Shown: positions 1 through 13,479 of the stretch, piece after piece
How positions within the stretch are numbered: the stretch's first letter is position 1
How the letters are laid out: each line of letters starts with the position of its first letter
Source: Phoronis australis
Taxonomy: Eukaryota > Animalia > Phoronida
Reading direction: 5' to 3'
Length of the DNA stretch: 64,000 nt
Assembly: GCA_002633005.1 (NCBI GenBank)
Contig: NMRA01000417.1
Location: forward strand, 343,183-407,182
Made by a program: the position numbers and the translations under genes
The notes under the pieces: model-generated
What the model saw: only the letters and a program-made list of their open reading frames with translations
The model's database searches: none
What the model was told of the DNA's origin: nothing

Positions 1-662
1 ACCCAAATTCACCCGTCGCCACCCCCTCCCCCTTATCAACTGTTCTACCTGGTCAATCAGTCCACGTACATCTAATACGCGGTAAGTGAGCAATAGAGAT
101 ATAATCCGTAACGTTGTTTTCTAATACTTACTGGCAGCATAAACTCCCTGAAACAAACAACAAATTGAGATGTAAACAATTAAATGGTAGGAAAACAAAA
201 ACAAAAAAGGAGAATTTACTGGATATTATTACTTGTACTTTTTCCTCCATTGCACAATAACCGAATTCACCACATCTTGTCTAATGTAAATGTTTTGAGA
301 CTGTTTGTTTTCTGACAAGGGTAACTCGGTCACATAACATGAACATCCTCCTACTTTATGAACGATTCAAATGTCTGTCAAACGTTAAAAAACATGAATC
401 ATGACCCAGCCGTTGCAGGCGATGATGACCATTTACTCGTTTGTCACGGTTCACCTGTCATGGATAATATATTTTCTTTGCAGGTGTGGCTGTGTTAAAA
501 CACAATCGCTCTGTTATCAGCCTTCGGAGAAACGGTGAAATTAATTCACAAAGAAATAAGACTGGACCTCTTACTTGTAACATTGTCGTGCAGACTAGGA
601 AGGCTACTAAAGTCTTCATGATTGTTGATTCACCTCTGAAAATATATTATGAACTTAAGTAG
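1..662 (+). CDS. Probable last two coding exons of an unidentified gene (exon <1..81, intron 82..483, exon 484..662)
   Basis: Donor G|GTAAGT at 81/82 and acceptor ttttctttgcAG at 483 are both phase 1. The joined frame stays open: PNSPVATPSPLSTVLPGQSVHVHLIR-G-VAVLKHNRSVISLRRNGEINSQRNKTGPLTCNIVVQTRKATKVFMIVDSPLKIYYELK*. No family recognised. Confidence 0.45.
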
Positions 663-779
663 GAAATTTGATTCGAGTTCACATACACACATGTATTTCT
701 CAATACATTATGAACACAGAATTGGCTACAAATATTACTACGTCAAATCTGAGGTACACATTTTCAGTGTCAATATGAT

Positions 780-2060
780 CTCATGCTTTCGACTTTCGCC
801 AGGCGTGGACAGGTGGCACAAGGGGCCCATGTCCCATTGTCACTGCGTAAAACGACCCTGTCAAACGCTGTCTACTTTGATTAATCGACACACAACATTT
901 GATCTTTCCGGTATAGAGTAATTCTACATCCGCCTCGATGTTGACACTTGTAATTCTTTAAGCATGTCCAATGTATTTATCGGAAGCAACTCGGTGTGGC
1001 TCCTCGGTAGTTTTGATGGAGTGTCTCACTGTTCATATCTTATACCTAAAAAGAATGATGGTTCGGGTAGACTGAGGATTTCATGTAGCTGTATGACACT
1101 GACGTCAATGATGGTGTAAAATTATGATCGTAAACGTTCTGAAGGTTTTGAAATATACATGTATTGCGATTTTACAGCAAGGCAATTTATGTATGGTTAG
1201 CTAAATCAACGGCTATGTTCACCGACGTAGTGTGGAGGCACCAGGGACCATTGTTCATACTGGTTTTTGATGAGGACACCTTAGCTAGGACAGGCAATTT
1301 TGTTTGAGTATGTGAGAAAAAGAGCACTGATGCATTGACCAGATTTCACGTCTGTCATGCTCAAGGGGTTAATGGTGATCACCACGCCACATGAGTGTGC
1401 ATGTATATTGTAGTACAGTATCGACGGAACACAGCTTAATACATGAGGAGCACGGAATAATACGGTGTTTTGAAAGAAAACCATAAACTTTTAACTGTCT
1501 AACCCCATCCATTACCGGCGCATGATATTCTGTAGTTGTGGACAAACTAATAATAGTAAGAAGTCTTTTTGTGCATGTCTGTTGGTTTTCAAAAGCAGCT
1601 GACTATAGCTTTACTCGGAAAAGGTTCCAAACCGCAGAAATAAAATGAATCAGAGACTTGAATGATCTTGGCTGCGTTAAGACTTAAGTATAATAATACC
1701 AAAGATATTAAGAAACAACTACAGAAGAGTACAGATACATGTGAGACAAATATAACCCGTAAACGTGTAGTACTTACCTGAACTTCCAACTAAATGTGCT
1801 CAAGCGTTGACTTTCGACTTAAGAGTTACGGATATCTCGATTGCATTACTCCACCTGAAAATCCACTGATGTATGCTTGGCTTCGCCTCTGGTTCTATTC
1901 ATGTCAACACGGGTGTGGGGTGACATCCTCAACAAAACGCGTGAACAAGTCCATTGTCATGGTGGTGACGTCATTGACCTGCTGCACAGCGGGTGGGTGC
2001 CGCCAATTTTGTTTTCGAATAAAGTCGACATGATAAAAACCGCTTTGAAAGTAGTAAGGC
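780..2060 (-). mobile_element. Highly decayed non-LTR retrotransposon fragments
   Basis: Broken minus-strand motifs: D-x-SK-x-TAFDRV (~855-890, like RT DxSKAFD), EVQVSTTRLRV (~1755-1790) and LLLVCPQL (~1535-1560). Many stops. Confidence 0.3.
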
Positions 2061-2228
2061 GTAGGATTGTACCAAATAGGATATTTTCTCCTATTAAAAT
2101 GGATGTGTTGTGAAGTTTCATTTACCTAACCTTAACTCTAGCCCTAAACCTAACCCATACTGGGAAGTTTGTAATTAACAAGATACAATCCTGCCGCATA
2201 GAGGAAAGTAGATGCATCTTTCAAGAAA

Positions 2229-2505
2229 GACTTAGCTGCATGGCCAGGTCGGATACGAGTTTAACATAAGATGATGAGAAATCTGCACTATTCACGTGGC
2301 ACAAAATAACGGCAATTTTGATCGATATTTTAAAGCTGATAACAATCATGATGTGAAGTTTGAACAATGACTTAGATGCATGGCCATGTCGGATATGAGT
2401 TTAATATAGGATAATGGGAAATCTGCACTATTCACGTGGCACAAAATTACTACAATTTTGGTCCATATTTTAAAACCGATATCAATCATATTGTGGTGTT
2501 TGAAA
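2229..2505. repeat. Two-copy tandem repeat, ~140-bp unit
   Basis: gacttag(c/a)tgcatggcca...aatctgcactattcacgtggcacaaaat...gtttgaa starts at 2229 and again at 2369. Confidence 0.85.
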
Positions 2506-3101
2506 CACCAACTTTCTTTACATATTTATTCTTCAAAAAAGTCAATGTAATCTCTGTTCTATATTTGTTTAAATGCAAAGTTAAGCCTGAGCCTACAAAG
2601 GCGTTGCCTTTTTTAATCCTCAATTACACCAATTTCCATACAAATCCATGCTTGAATATGTTACTCAATGGGAAATTTACTAAAAAAACTATACACTATA
2701 TTACAAGAAAAGCTCCCATTCACACCGCTTTACAGAGAATTCGTTAAAGAAGTATAAAATTTATGGTCGTATCATCTTGAATTGAAATATTTTAAGCTTT
2801 TTACACATCGCATTTAAATTTCTGTGATATTATGTATTCACGTAACAATCAGTAAATGCATGCTTACTTCTCCAGGTACACATATTCGATTAGAGGAAGC
2901 TTTAGGCATAACAGAAGCTTAGAAAATATTCAACTCAGTTAGGTTCTAAGTTGTCTCAACCGGATAAAACCTGTAACACTAATCTTAAGTAGCCATATAT
3001 GCCTTAAAGTCTTAAAAACATTATGATTTGTTTATTACCACAAATGACGTTACTAGGTTGTGGCAAGACATTTTATACCTCAAGAATAATTTAAAGCCGC
3101 T

Positions 3102-3198
3102 TTGAAATAATATTAAGGGCACTGGAAAGTCCCGTAGGGTGGTATGTTGCCAACTTACTACCCTTCCGGACTTTTCAGTGCCCTTAATATTATTTCAA
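3102..3198. repeat. Palindromic hairpin (MITE-like)
   Basis: ttgaaataatattaagggcactggaaagtcc ... ggacttttcagtgcccttaatattatttcaa, near-perfect ~31-bp arms. Confidence 0.85.
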
Positions 3199-4626
3199 TT
3201 TCCTCGCAAAAATGAAATTACCTTATATAGAAGTAAATGTCGATTGTTACTGAACAGCAACAAAATCAGAATTGATTTGGAGATCACAAATTTGCTCACA
3301 TACCCTCTCACAAAGCGGAGCGCACTGCTTTTCCCAGGTATTCAAACAACGCACATATGTTCAAACCGTTTGTTCAAATCTGCACAAAATGGAACTCTGT
3401 ATGCTTTCAGATTTATCTGACTGAACCTCTGTTCATTACTCTCGTTTACTACAGCTTCATTTAAATGTAAGCACATTTTCTGAAAGGTTGGGATCACTGA
3501 CATTTCGAAGGATCTAATATATTTTTAAACGAATATTTGCCCATAATCACACAATCTATAAAACACCTGTAGGATTCTGAATAGTAATTTGTTGCAGTCG
3601 TGAAACATATAGGATTATTATACGTCTTTTAGGTGAAGCTATAGAACAATATATAGACTAACCTTCAGAAAGTTCTAAAAGAGTCCCAGTTCATTTTTCT
3701 CGCTGGCGCTATTGCGCGTATTGTCATTTATGTGACTTTAGTCTCCGTTATACTAGATAGTATTTTGTTGTGTTTTCATTCCCTGTGGCCCTGAGCGCCA
3801 TGTAAGCACTGGCGAAAAAAAGAGATTTATATGGCTGTATAGATGAACATCAAGGGTGTTAATCAGCCATCTCTGTAGAAATGTCTGAAAGTGGACCTTG
3901 TGTTTCCATAGGCTGAACACACCCATCGTAGGGCTACTTAAAAGAAAGGTTCGAGTCCATGTAGAAAAAATCAAACTCCAGATGAGAACCTGAGTCCAGG
4001 TGAGTAATCTACGGTCCATTTTATCAGTGGTGGAAAGTAAGGTAGTCAAAACCGTACTGGGTAAGTGCGTAATTGCAAGAGAGGCGCTGCGTTTATGTGA
4101 GAGCGAAACATAGCAACTTACGTTAAGTTTATTAATTTTCACATTCGTACTAAATAGACCATGAACCGTAGCTCCAATCATTTCATCATGTGACCATGTG
4201 GGGTTGCCAATTTCATTCTATGTGACTAGATTTGGAAAAGGCACACGTATGAATTACCTTTCTGTGATAACTTCCCTTTTCTCGTTGTCCTTCTACATTC
4301 TTCTGATGGTAGGCTTCCTACTTCAGTTTCTCAAAAACCCAAAGACATTGGTGCCTGTTTGCATGCTAAAAGTGACTGTCCTGAACGCTACAAACTAGCA
4401 GGTTTGACTAGTTACCTGAGGAGGGCGCACCAGTTGAAATCCAACACATAAAACAAGTTCTGGTTAACAATGGTTATTCTAACTTTTTCGTTGTTACCAA
4501 CGTTAGGTCCTTCATCTCTAACATTGACTCTCATGTTGACATTGAACCTAGTGCTAGCACCACTAAGAATGTGTACTATAAAAACTATAAATCTAATAAT
4601 TATCTGAGTAACGAACATGTACTTAA

Positions 4627-5345
4627 AGGAGAATGCAATCCGATTAAATTAGTAAGTCTTTTTACTATGTTAATCGGCATATATCTACTTCGTATACGGT
4701 CGATCTAACCTCGAAAAGTGTCGCGTTAATCTGTGAGGAAAGTGAGAAACGGCGCAGCGACGACAGTGGTTCTTCTGCAGAGTTAGTCTCGCTCTGGTGT
4801 GGTGTATCGTTCCCGCTTATGCAAAATATGAACTGTGAGGAAAGCGTTTTTTTTTCAGTTTCCTTGAGAGCCCATTATGCTTCGGAAGTGGCTCGCGGTA
4901 GTGAAGAATGAAAAACACTACGCCGTTAATAACACTCATGCGCGCACCCAGCCTTTAATATGGGGTGGGGGCTCGAATTTCTGACGATCTGGACATTTTA
5001 CTGACAAAAAAGCCGGAGGACTAAAAAAACGTGTACCACCTTCACTGTGCGTCTGCGCCTTTTTAGTGGACTTTGTCTCGTTTTCTCGGATTTTTGTTTC
5101 TCTGAGGCGGACCTTTTTGCCCACCTCGCCAAAGGGAGGGGGGGGGGGGCTCGAGCCCCCCCTTGGGTGCGCGCATGCAAGTATGAGGCCGTAAAACTCC
5201 TCCGTGTGTCAGTGGCCGGCATTTTGCCGACAATGATTTCACTGACGATCGAATGCCAGCTTACCAGACAGCTCACGCCAGGGCAGAAAAAGAGGCTGAG
5301 GCTGAATTCAGATGTTGTGCCTATTTTGTTTGCGTTCGACAGGCA
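4627..5345 (+). mobile_element. Decayed DNA transposon (Kolobok-like 5' end) with a THAP zinc-finger relic
   Basis: TTAA|AGGAGAATGCAATCC at 4623-4641. Frameshifted THAP motifs: WCIVP..C...FFQFP*EP..LRKWLAVVK (4799-4906), then, after a MITE insertion, GRHFADNDF and KKRLRLNSDVVPILF (to ~5332). No matching 3' end found. Confidence 0.6.
4937..5177. mobile_element. MITE with 14-bp TIRs inserted in the THAP relic
   Basis: CATGCGCGCACCCA at 4937 and its reverse complement TGGGTGCGCGCATG ending at 5177. No clear target-site duplication. Confidence 0.7.
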
Positions 5346-7545
5346 GGAGACAAAGAAATGCGGATCTGTTGTTGATTAGTTTTTGATTGTGGAGATCGTA
5401 GTTCATGGCCACGAAAACATACAACTAATTCAAGGCGTGAGAGCATATCGTTTTAAATAATGATGACTGACTCGTTCGTCAGACTTCTGTTTGGTCAGCT
5501 GGGCGTAGGGTGTTTTCGCCAGTTCTTTTTCTCTGCGACCTAAAAACATCGCAAACACACCTCTGTTTAGATGCGGTGCACAATCAGGATGGCCCGCGAG
5601 ACACATCTGCTGTTCTCCAAGAAGAGGTTTCACTTGCAGAGTTTTGTGGCAGCAAACGCGAGCGTCAGTCGTTTCCATTATCGTGACACCATGACAAGTC
5701 ATCCAAACGGTGTTCGGAACTATATAGCGGCATTCACTTTGCAGACGAACCAAAACAGGTTAAAAAATGAACAAATGCCATTCATAGCCAACAATTTTGA
5801 TTATATGCTTTCTGTTGTACAGTCGTTTACAACATACCCTGTACTCCATATAACGTTGAAATACTTTTTAGTAAACAGTTTGCTTTTTCAAACTGCATTT
5901 ACTGGTGAAGTTACAGTTTTGTCGGTTCCTCGCACTGTCCACAAAACAAATTGAATTTGCCATTCACTGAAGAGCAGACGAGAAGATTACGCTCTGCCGG
6001 TAACGACATTTGTAACGTTGGTAGGTCTTTGATTTGATTTGGTCGCGTTTTTTCGTGTTTTTGGCTTTCAAACTTACCGAATAGACTCTCTTAATTGCAA
6101 AAAAACAGGGAAAAGCCAGCAGAGTTCACGGCCCAACTCCTTGGTCCTGCAAGTCAGCGCTTGTTATATGTTCAGATCGAGTGGAGCTTGTGTAGACTGG
6201 GAGTGGGACGAGGGGGTATCGGGTCGTGGGGTCGAGGGGTTGTTGTGGGTCGAGGGGGCCGTGGGTCGAAGGGTGTGGGGTCGAAGGGGTTTTAGACATA
6301 TCCTTATTTTTCTATGCCGTTTTTTCGATGAATTAACCCATTAAAAATCTGTAGCATAATTAAGTTTCAGTTATCATTAGAGGTGTATGAGGATTGGGAA
6401 TGCTACAAAACCTTTTTGTTTTTTCAGACTCTTGATAAGGGCGTGAGGAAAGGACAGCCAAAACCCTGTAAAAACTGTAGTGTGTAACCTAATTTAACGC
6501 TCTAGACATTCCGTGATCAGTAATGCTGACCTCTGACATGAATAGTTGATAAGATATCGTATTATACTACACTAGCGTTATCTCATGTTTTCTCGTCACC
6601 ATAGAGTTTGACCTGTGAGGAAGAATAAAATCAGCGTCCTTGTGCGTCACTGATGCCTTGTTCAAATACTCGAACAGCCTATTGAATGGACCATGCTTTT
6701 TAACGTTTTCCGAAAGGCTGGCTATGACATCATCAAGTTTTTTAACAATAACAGGTAAGCACTTTGTTGGCCATTGAGTATCAGAGAGCCCAAAGTAGTG
6801 TCAGGTTGGGTTTTTAATGTGAATTAAGACGTATTATCGAGCAAGACAAGGAGTCAACAACCTTTGTGTTAAGATGCTGCTCTCCAACAGGTAAAATAAC
6901 CTGCTGGCGCACTCGCGTTTATAGGGTTATCATTTCAACTAATCGTAGGTCTCCTAATCTTAAAAAACAATGGTGTTAGATAACACAATGTGTCGTCGCC
7001 ACATCGCGCGTTGACTTATTATTACTTCGGCTGTTTTGCGTAGATGTGTCTTCTGTTTTCAGACAACTGAACCATTGTTATTAGCACAACCTGCCACTGA
7101 GCTAAATGAAAAACGAGAAGTGTGGACTGAGTGTTGAGAACAGTGGATTCCTCGGCAGGAATTCCCTGTATGCATTAAAATATGTTTTTATCGATCTCCC
7201 AGTTAATGAGTGTCTGCCTTTGATTCTCCAAAACAGAAAAAAGTAGTTGTTTTCAAGAGACGTTTCATGATTTGTTTCCATTTTTTGTTTTGTTTATACT
7301 CTGGTAGGAGGTGGTGAATTTGAGTATTTGCACAGTCGAGCACTAACTTGTTAATACAAAACGTGCGGTGCGGTGTTACCAGGAATTAAACGATATTATC
7401 AATATAAAATTCTTGTTACTCCTGCGACATCTAAGGCGTATTATGTAATTTACTCAACTAATGTGTGTATGTTTTTCAGTCGCACTTCGAGTAGTTAGGA
7501 TCCAATAAGGCTGTGAATGTTTGACTTGGCACCAGACGTACACTT

Positions 7546-7603
7546 ATGAGTAGACACTACCACCCCTGTCTCGTGCTGTCGCTCATCTTTGTATTATTCT
7601 CAG
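7546..7603 (+). CDS. Ly6/uPAR three-finger protein, coding exon 1 (signal peptide)
   Basis: ATG at 7546 gives MSRHYHPCLVLSLIFVLFS-G, followed by phase-1 donor G|GTAAGT. Upstream acceptor tttttcAG at 7479; a possible 5'UTR exon donor lies at 6754/6755. Confidence 0.75.
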
Positions 7604-7942
7604 GTAAGTTTTGTCAAACTTCAATGTGTGGAATTGAAGACAATTACAGTTCGTGACTACGATATTTGGCTAAACAGCTGTCACATGGTTAGGCAGAAAG
7701 GGCACAAAAGGCTATCTGACTACTAGGCTGTTTGTATCCTCAGTCATGGATATCTCATTCTCCAAAGGTCCGGGAAGTCTTTTTAAGTAAAACGTTCCCA
7801 TTGCTGTGAATATTTATCCAGTACCTGTATATGTTTACTAAATAGCGGTACAACTATGGACTTTTACAGATTTTTGGACCAGTCTAATTATGATAAAGTT
7901 TTCGTCTTTAGTACTGAATAATTGCACCGGATACGACGTCAT

Positions 7943-8087
7943 ATGGGCGGCGCACCATAGAAGGCTGGGGGGGGGGACTATAACCCCACTTTTTCAGTGC
8001 CCCGCTCACCGTCCATGGGCGGTGCATCACAGTAGGGCTCCCGGGGGGCTATAGCCCCCGACCTTTTCCAGCACTGCGCCGCTCATG
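7943..8087. mobile_element. Small MITE in Ly6 intron 1
   Basis: ATGGGCGGCGCA ... TGCGCCGCTCAT inverted termini (1 mismatch), with an internal second copy of the left end. Confidence 0.55.
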
Positions 8088-11000
8088 TCGTTATCACGGC
8101 ATGTCAATAACGTGGGTAGAGTTTAGCAAAGCTCAGTCCTCGATAAAAGCAAAATTTTGCGAGATTACTTGAGATATTACCGTGATTTTGGCTAGATTTT
8201 GGCGAGGTCCTAGCCTAGGGCAGAATGGTGAATGTTGACCAAGACCCTTTTGTCCATCTGACGTCACACGCAAGCTGCCCCCCATTGGAGGTCATGAGAA
8301 TTCATGAACAGAGTTCATGAACCCGGAAGTGGCCAGCCTAGCAACAGCTAAACCTAACAGGCGAACCGATTTGTACTTATTGTAGAGCGTTGTTTTTACT
8401 AGAAACATAATATATAATAATGAATGATAATTGCAATTTTCATATTAATGATTAGCAGTCACCATTTAGTAGTTGTGAAACCATAATGTACTAATTAACT
8501 GATTAATTATAAATGTTACGTTAATTAATTTATGCTGTAATTATGATGGTAATGCAACTTAACATGTAAGTCAAAAAACATGAAACGTCCCGTTTTTTCT
8601 TCTCAGTCTCGCGTAAACAAGGCTATTTCGCGTGGGGATAAAACTTTGATTTGCCGTGTATCACACAGCAGAACATTTGGATGATGTTTCGGGGATGGCT
8701 AGAAAGATTTCAAGCATGGGGTGTGGACTGAGGCCTGGCCTGAGGCCCGGAGTTTTTTGATGAAATCACTACTAAGAAACTAGAAGGTTTCTGTGAAATA
8801 CGTATTGAAATTGATAGTAATCAGCATAGTAATTAGACAATTCCGTGCACGCTACTGGTAACCTTTTCTACAAATGCCACAAACTCAGTTTTGAAGCAGA
8901 ATTAATACCCTGGCCCCCAGTGCTTGCTGTGGCCGTACTAACGCTTGCAGGAAGGACACAAATGTTTGTGCTCTTTCTTTTTACATATCAGAAATACACA
9001 GCTATATTATCTGATAACGGGGTCATTTATTAAGTTCCAAAATTATTTATAAGGCAACCTCTGAATTCAATATGGTAACATAACACAAATACATTCTTAT
9101 AATTTTTAACTGTTGAGCATTGAGGAAGGTGACAATACAGCATTATTTGTTACAGATATCTGTATTTCGCCTGATGCTACTTAACATTCATTATTTGGCT
9201 AAATCATGATTGAGCAGTAAGTGATTAGAAAATGTAACTTTAAACCCAGGAAGGCATACTTAAGGCTACACAGGCAATTCGAATCTGGCCAGCTTCATAC
9301 TACGGTAACACAACACCAGTCCTATAACTAAAATACATATGCCTCATTAACATACACCATGCAGACCTTTCTAAATTGTTGTTTTGAAAACGTTTTTAAT
9401 TCATGCAATTTCATATGTAATATTTCATAATTTCATCAATTCAACCAAGACCTATCTGGTCAGTTTATTCGAAGCCGATTGCATTGGCCAATCACAAGCA
9501 GTTCAAGCAAGCAGTTTCAAGATATCATGCAAATTCTTAATGAAATAAGTTTTTCCCGAAACGAAGCAAACTATCCAAATTAATTTTAAATGGGTTTTCA
9601 ATTACACTGAAGGTAATGATGACGTATTTCAGGGGGCTCGAAGACTAGGATTCCTAGTGGACTTGACCGCAACTCCCCAAAACGTCGACGCGTTGACGTT
9701 AGTATGAAAGGCTCTTATACTAGTTGTTACATTTATTCTAATATTATGTTAGTTTCAAACTTGCATCGCTTATCCTTAGCTTTCACTGGTTGTAAGGACT
9801 TTTTGACAGCACCAGCTTAAGCTGTCGATAGAACAACTGACGGTATGCTGCAAGTATAAAATATACACTGTTTCAGGTCGAAAAATTATGGTCATTGTAT
9901 CGAGTGGAATAGTCATGCGATCTGGTTTCCCGTATTCTAGTCCAACTCAGGACTACATTTAATTTTATAAACGCAACGTACATGTAATATAAAAACTTTT
10001 TCCGAAAATGCCAATGCTCATGGGGTGATTTCGCACACATAAAGTAAATGTATCAAATGTATTTATGTACTTAGAATTCAACAAATGTTAACAATTGATA
10101 AAATTTGGTTAATTATAACAGAAAGATTCCACAAGTGTCATGACAAATTTTTGACTTATTTCTTTACTAGAAAAAATTTCCTTTAAACTGTCCTTTTGTT
10201 TGACAAGCAAACTGATTAGTTAGCGCACAAGCCTAAACACTTTATATAAAACGTTATGTTCTCACGCTTTGAATAAATTGTTATTGTTTATGTTCTCATG
10301 ACCATTTACAATTCTTCATAATCTAAAACTGATCAACAACCGATCCGACGAAATGCAGGCCACTGACAGACACGGAGAAGATTCACGGCCTCAGTAGTTG
10401 GTATTAACGGCGTACTTTTCATTCTTCACTACAGCGAGCCACTTCCGAAGCATTATGGGCTCTCGAGGAAATCGAAAAAAACGATATATCCGCTTTCCTC
10501 GCAGCTGCATGGTTCGCACAAGCGGAAACGATACACCACACCATAGCGGCACTCACTCTGCAGAAGATCCACTGACGTCGCGCTGCGTCGTTTCTCACCT
10601 TCCTCACAGGTTAACATGACACCTCTCGGGGAGTTAAGATCGACCGTATACGAGTTGATTTGAACATAGACCGATTAAGACGGTAAAAAAGACTAATCAA
10701 ATCGGGTGGCATCCTCCTATGAGATTTTCTAGGGCGTTATGTCCACAAGGCACTGTCAGTTTGAGCTGCCGCCCAATTTCCACCCGTTTCAGCACAGTAT
10801 TCTCTCCCATGACACCACAATTTTCTGCCCTCCAGGTCGCCACAATTCTCGAACTATCCCCACATCCCCTCATCCCCATAAATGTTGTTTCCCATTGTCC
10901 TTTGTCAAGCTGGATTCTGTGGCTTTGGGATGGGGCCTCTGCACAACTTGAAGGCCCTAAGGCATTCGGAGCAACTTGAGTATTTTCTTAGCCTCAAATT

Positions 11001-12361
11001 TCTCTTCGAAGGAGAATTGAACATACGTGACTATCAAATGATTGGTCATAATGACCGGAGTTCTATCCGAAAACATCCAGTTCTCAGGTAGGGCATCTGG
11101 AACACCTTGTGTACTTTCGCAACCTCAAATTTTACCTGAAAAGTGAACGCGTTTCACGGACACGTTGACTTCGAATGACTCGGGATAGCGACAGAAATTG
11201 TTGAGAGAACTGATGTTAAGAATAAATTAATCTAGTTGTTTACGAGCAAGAATCACGCATTGTGACTTCCAAATGTTTCTACTTTCTGATTCCTTGTGTT
11301 TAGGTTACAACAAGTCCCAAAACACCTAACTCAACTCTATTGCTTGTGCTCGACACGTTTCTCTTCTGTCAGCTGGTTCGTGTGCATTATGGGTAATATC
11401 TCCGCTGGCAGCGCCGCATAAATAATGAGGTTTCGCTGAAGGTCCGCCTACTTTTTATAAATTATTAAAAATTAATAGTAAAATTACGGGTGCATGTACA
11501 TGGCTGCTATTTACGAAAAGTTTTAATTTTAGTGATATCTTTTGACTGGCAAAACTCATTTTGTGATCTAAGCAGGTGAAAGTAAATGAAATAGTATCTT
11601 TAAAATATTGTCAAGATGTATTCAATTGTATTTGCACTGTTATACACACTAAATACAGATACAGATAGAGATAAAATGAATGCTTGTCTTCATTTTCATT
11701 CTTAGCAACTTTATTATTCGGTATGTACGTTACTGTTGATATATTCCTTGACTCGTTAGCTTTGCAATGCGAGAATTCGATGAAACAAAACAGAGCGATT
11801 TAAACAGCTGTAAAGCCACTGATGTTCCTTCACTGGAAATCGCCATGTTGGTGAACTAGTTTTACCAAAAATACAACAGACCAAGAGAATGCCTTGTTTC
11901 TTGAAATCGGAATGGCCAATAAAATTCTAAGGTGCGAGATGGAAAAGTGCGCTATAAATTCCCTAACCGCTCTGTTATTGCCATTGAAAATCAATGTAAA
12001 AAACCTACCGCTACGCTGCGTTTGTTGCTGAACAGTATAATACTGCATTGAGCGGGAGCCCAGAATAATGTATACCTAAGGAGGATGCGTTGTTCGTGTC
12101 TGACTACATATGTGTCTTGCAGAACAATGGTCTGTTTTGTTACGTTTCGTTTAACGATTGGTTATTATAATAAAAGCAAGATGGCGTATACATTATGTTA
12201 GCGCAGTTTAACCAAAACTTTATGGTGCATTACACCACCGCAGTATCAGATTGTTCATTGCCTTCAAGTTCATTGGGCTTATACCGACACATTAGGCGTA
12301 AATCTTGTGCTGTGTTGTTATTGATCAGTGTCGCTGCAACTTATTATTTTTGTCATGTTAG

Positions 12362-12501
12362 GTTGTCCCACTGCGTTGAAGTGTCACCTGTGTGAGAAAG
12401 TGACATCAAATGACGACTGTCTGTCCTTGACTCAAACTTGCAAAGCAAATGAAGTGTGTTTGACAGAGATTCAAAGGGCGGTCTTCAAATATTATACCAA
12501 A
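12362..12501 (+). CDS. Ly6/uPAR three-finger protein, coding exon 2
   Basis: Phase-1 acceptor at 12361. Encodes (G)CPTALKCHLCEKVTSNDDCLSLTQTCKANEVCLTEIQRAVFKYYTK with the typical LxCxxC start of LU domains. Phase-0 donor AAA|GTAAGT. Confidence 0.88.
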
Positions 12502-13263
12502 GTAAGTAATGAAGAAACGCCGAGACTGGTCGGTGTATGTTCCGGGTTTGTTGAATCATAGTAATAGTAGCGTGATCGTGATTTTTAGGAAGTGTTTTAA
12601 GTTCATGCACAATTACCGGTGTTTTTATCTTTCAATTGTTATCTCTTTTCAAGTAATAAATCGTTAAATTTAAAAATGTTTCCTTTTAACCTAACGTGCA
12701 ATTACGTTGGGATAAATACAAAATTCGGTCTGGGTCGACTACGCGGAATAATGTTTCTTATGACATTACTTCATCTACATCACACTTGGTATGTTTTGTG
12801 TATTTATTTTATTTTAATCGACAATTAAAACTCACATTTTGCACAACGTGTGATCAGTGGTTTTCGTATTGTATCCGCCCGTGTGGCAAAAGTGAACGCA
12901 AACATGTAAATCAACACTGCAGTGAGCAAAGAATGACGACCTCAAACGTTCCCTTTACTGTTTAACGTGTAGCCCAAACTCGCTATTATCTGAGACGCTA
13001 CGTACTTGTAATGAAGCCGTCCATAGTAAAGGTACCCCAGTTTGCAAAGGACGAACTCACGCCAGGAACTGAGAGAGGAACGGTGAGAATTGAATATGGT
13101 TGAACAGCTGGCAGTCGGGAAAGGTGTGTGAATGTGAAGTTCTTCGGGCAAAAACGATCCATGAGAAAACGTCGTTCGCCATTCCAAATGATGTTCAGGA
13201 TGCGTATTTGTGTATTCTTTACAGTACTGCGCAACCACGAATTTCTTTTTTTTTGTGTTTCAG

Positions 13264-13479
13264 AGATGCATTGACAAAGACAGGTGTGAACTTTTGGCTT
13301 CTTTAGGAAGGGGCCGATACTGCGGAAACAGTCCTTCAAAATGTAGATATTGTTGCAGCAACAAGGACATGTGCAACGCAAATAACGGTGTGTCTAGGCT
13401 TTTAACATATACATGTAAAACGCTGGTAGTGAGTTGGGGCACTACAATCAATGCGTTTTTGAGAATTAAATACTCGTGA
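13264..13479 (+). CDS. Ly6/uPAR three-finger protein, coding exon 3
   Basis: Polypyrimidine tract and cAG at 13263, phase 0. Encodes RCIDKDRCELLASLGRGRYCGNSPSKCRYCCSNKDMCNANNGVSRLL...KYS* with the LU-type CC-x5-CN end. AATAAA at ~13506. Spliced product is 137 aa; an alternative donor G|GTGTGT at 13387/8 cannot be excluded. Confidence 0.85.
   Translation, partial: RCIDKDRCELLASLGRGRYCGNSPSKCRYCCSNKDMCNANNGVSRLLTYTCKTLVVSWGTTINAFLRIKYS

Noticed and set aside
2125-2160. CCTAAC-like telomeric repeat
   Set aside because: Only a few degenerate units, a motif common inside small repeats; not a telomere.
8211-9648. Possible Academ-like element (TAG...CTA ends) in Ly6 intron 1
   Set aside because: The termini do not form convincing inverted repeats and no target duplication was found.
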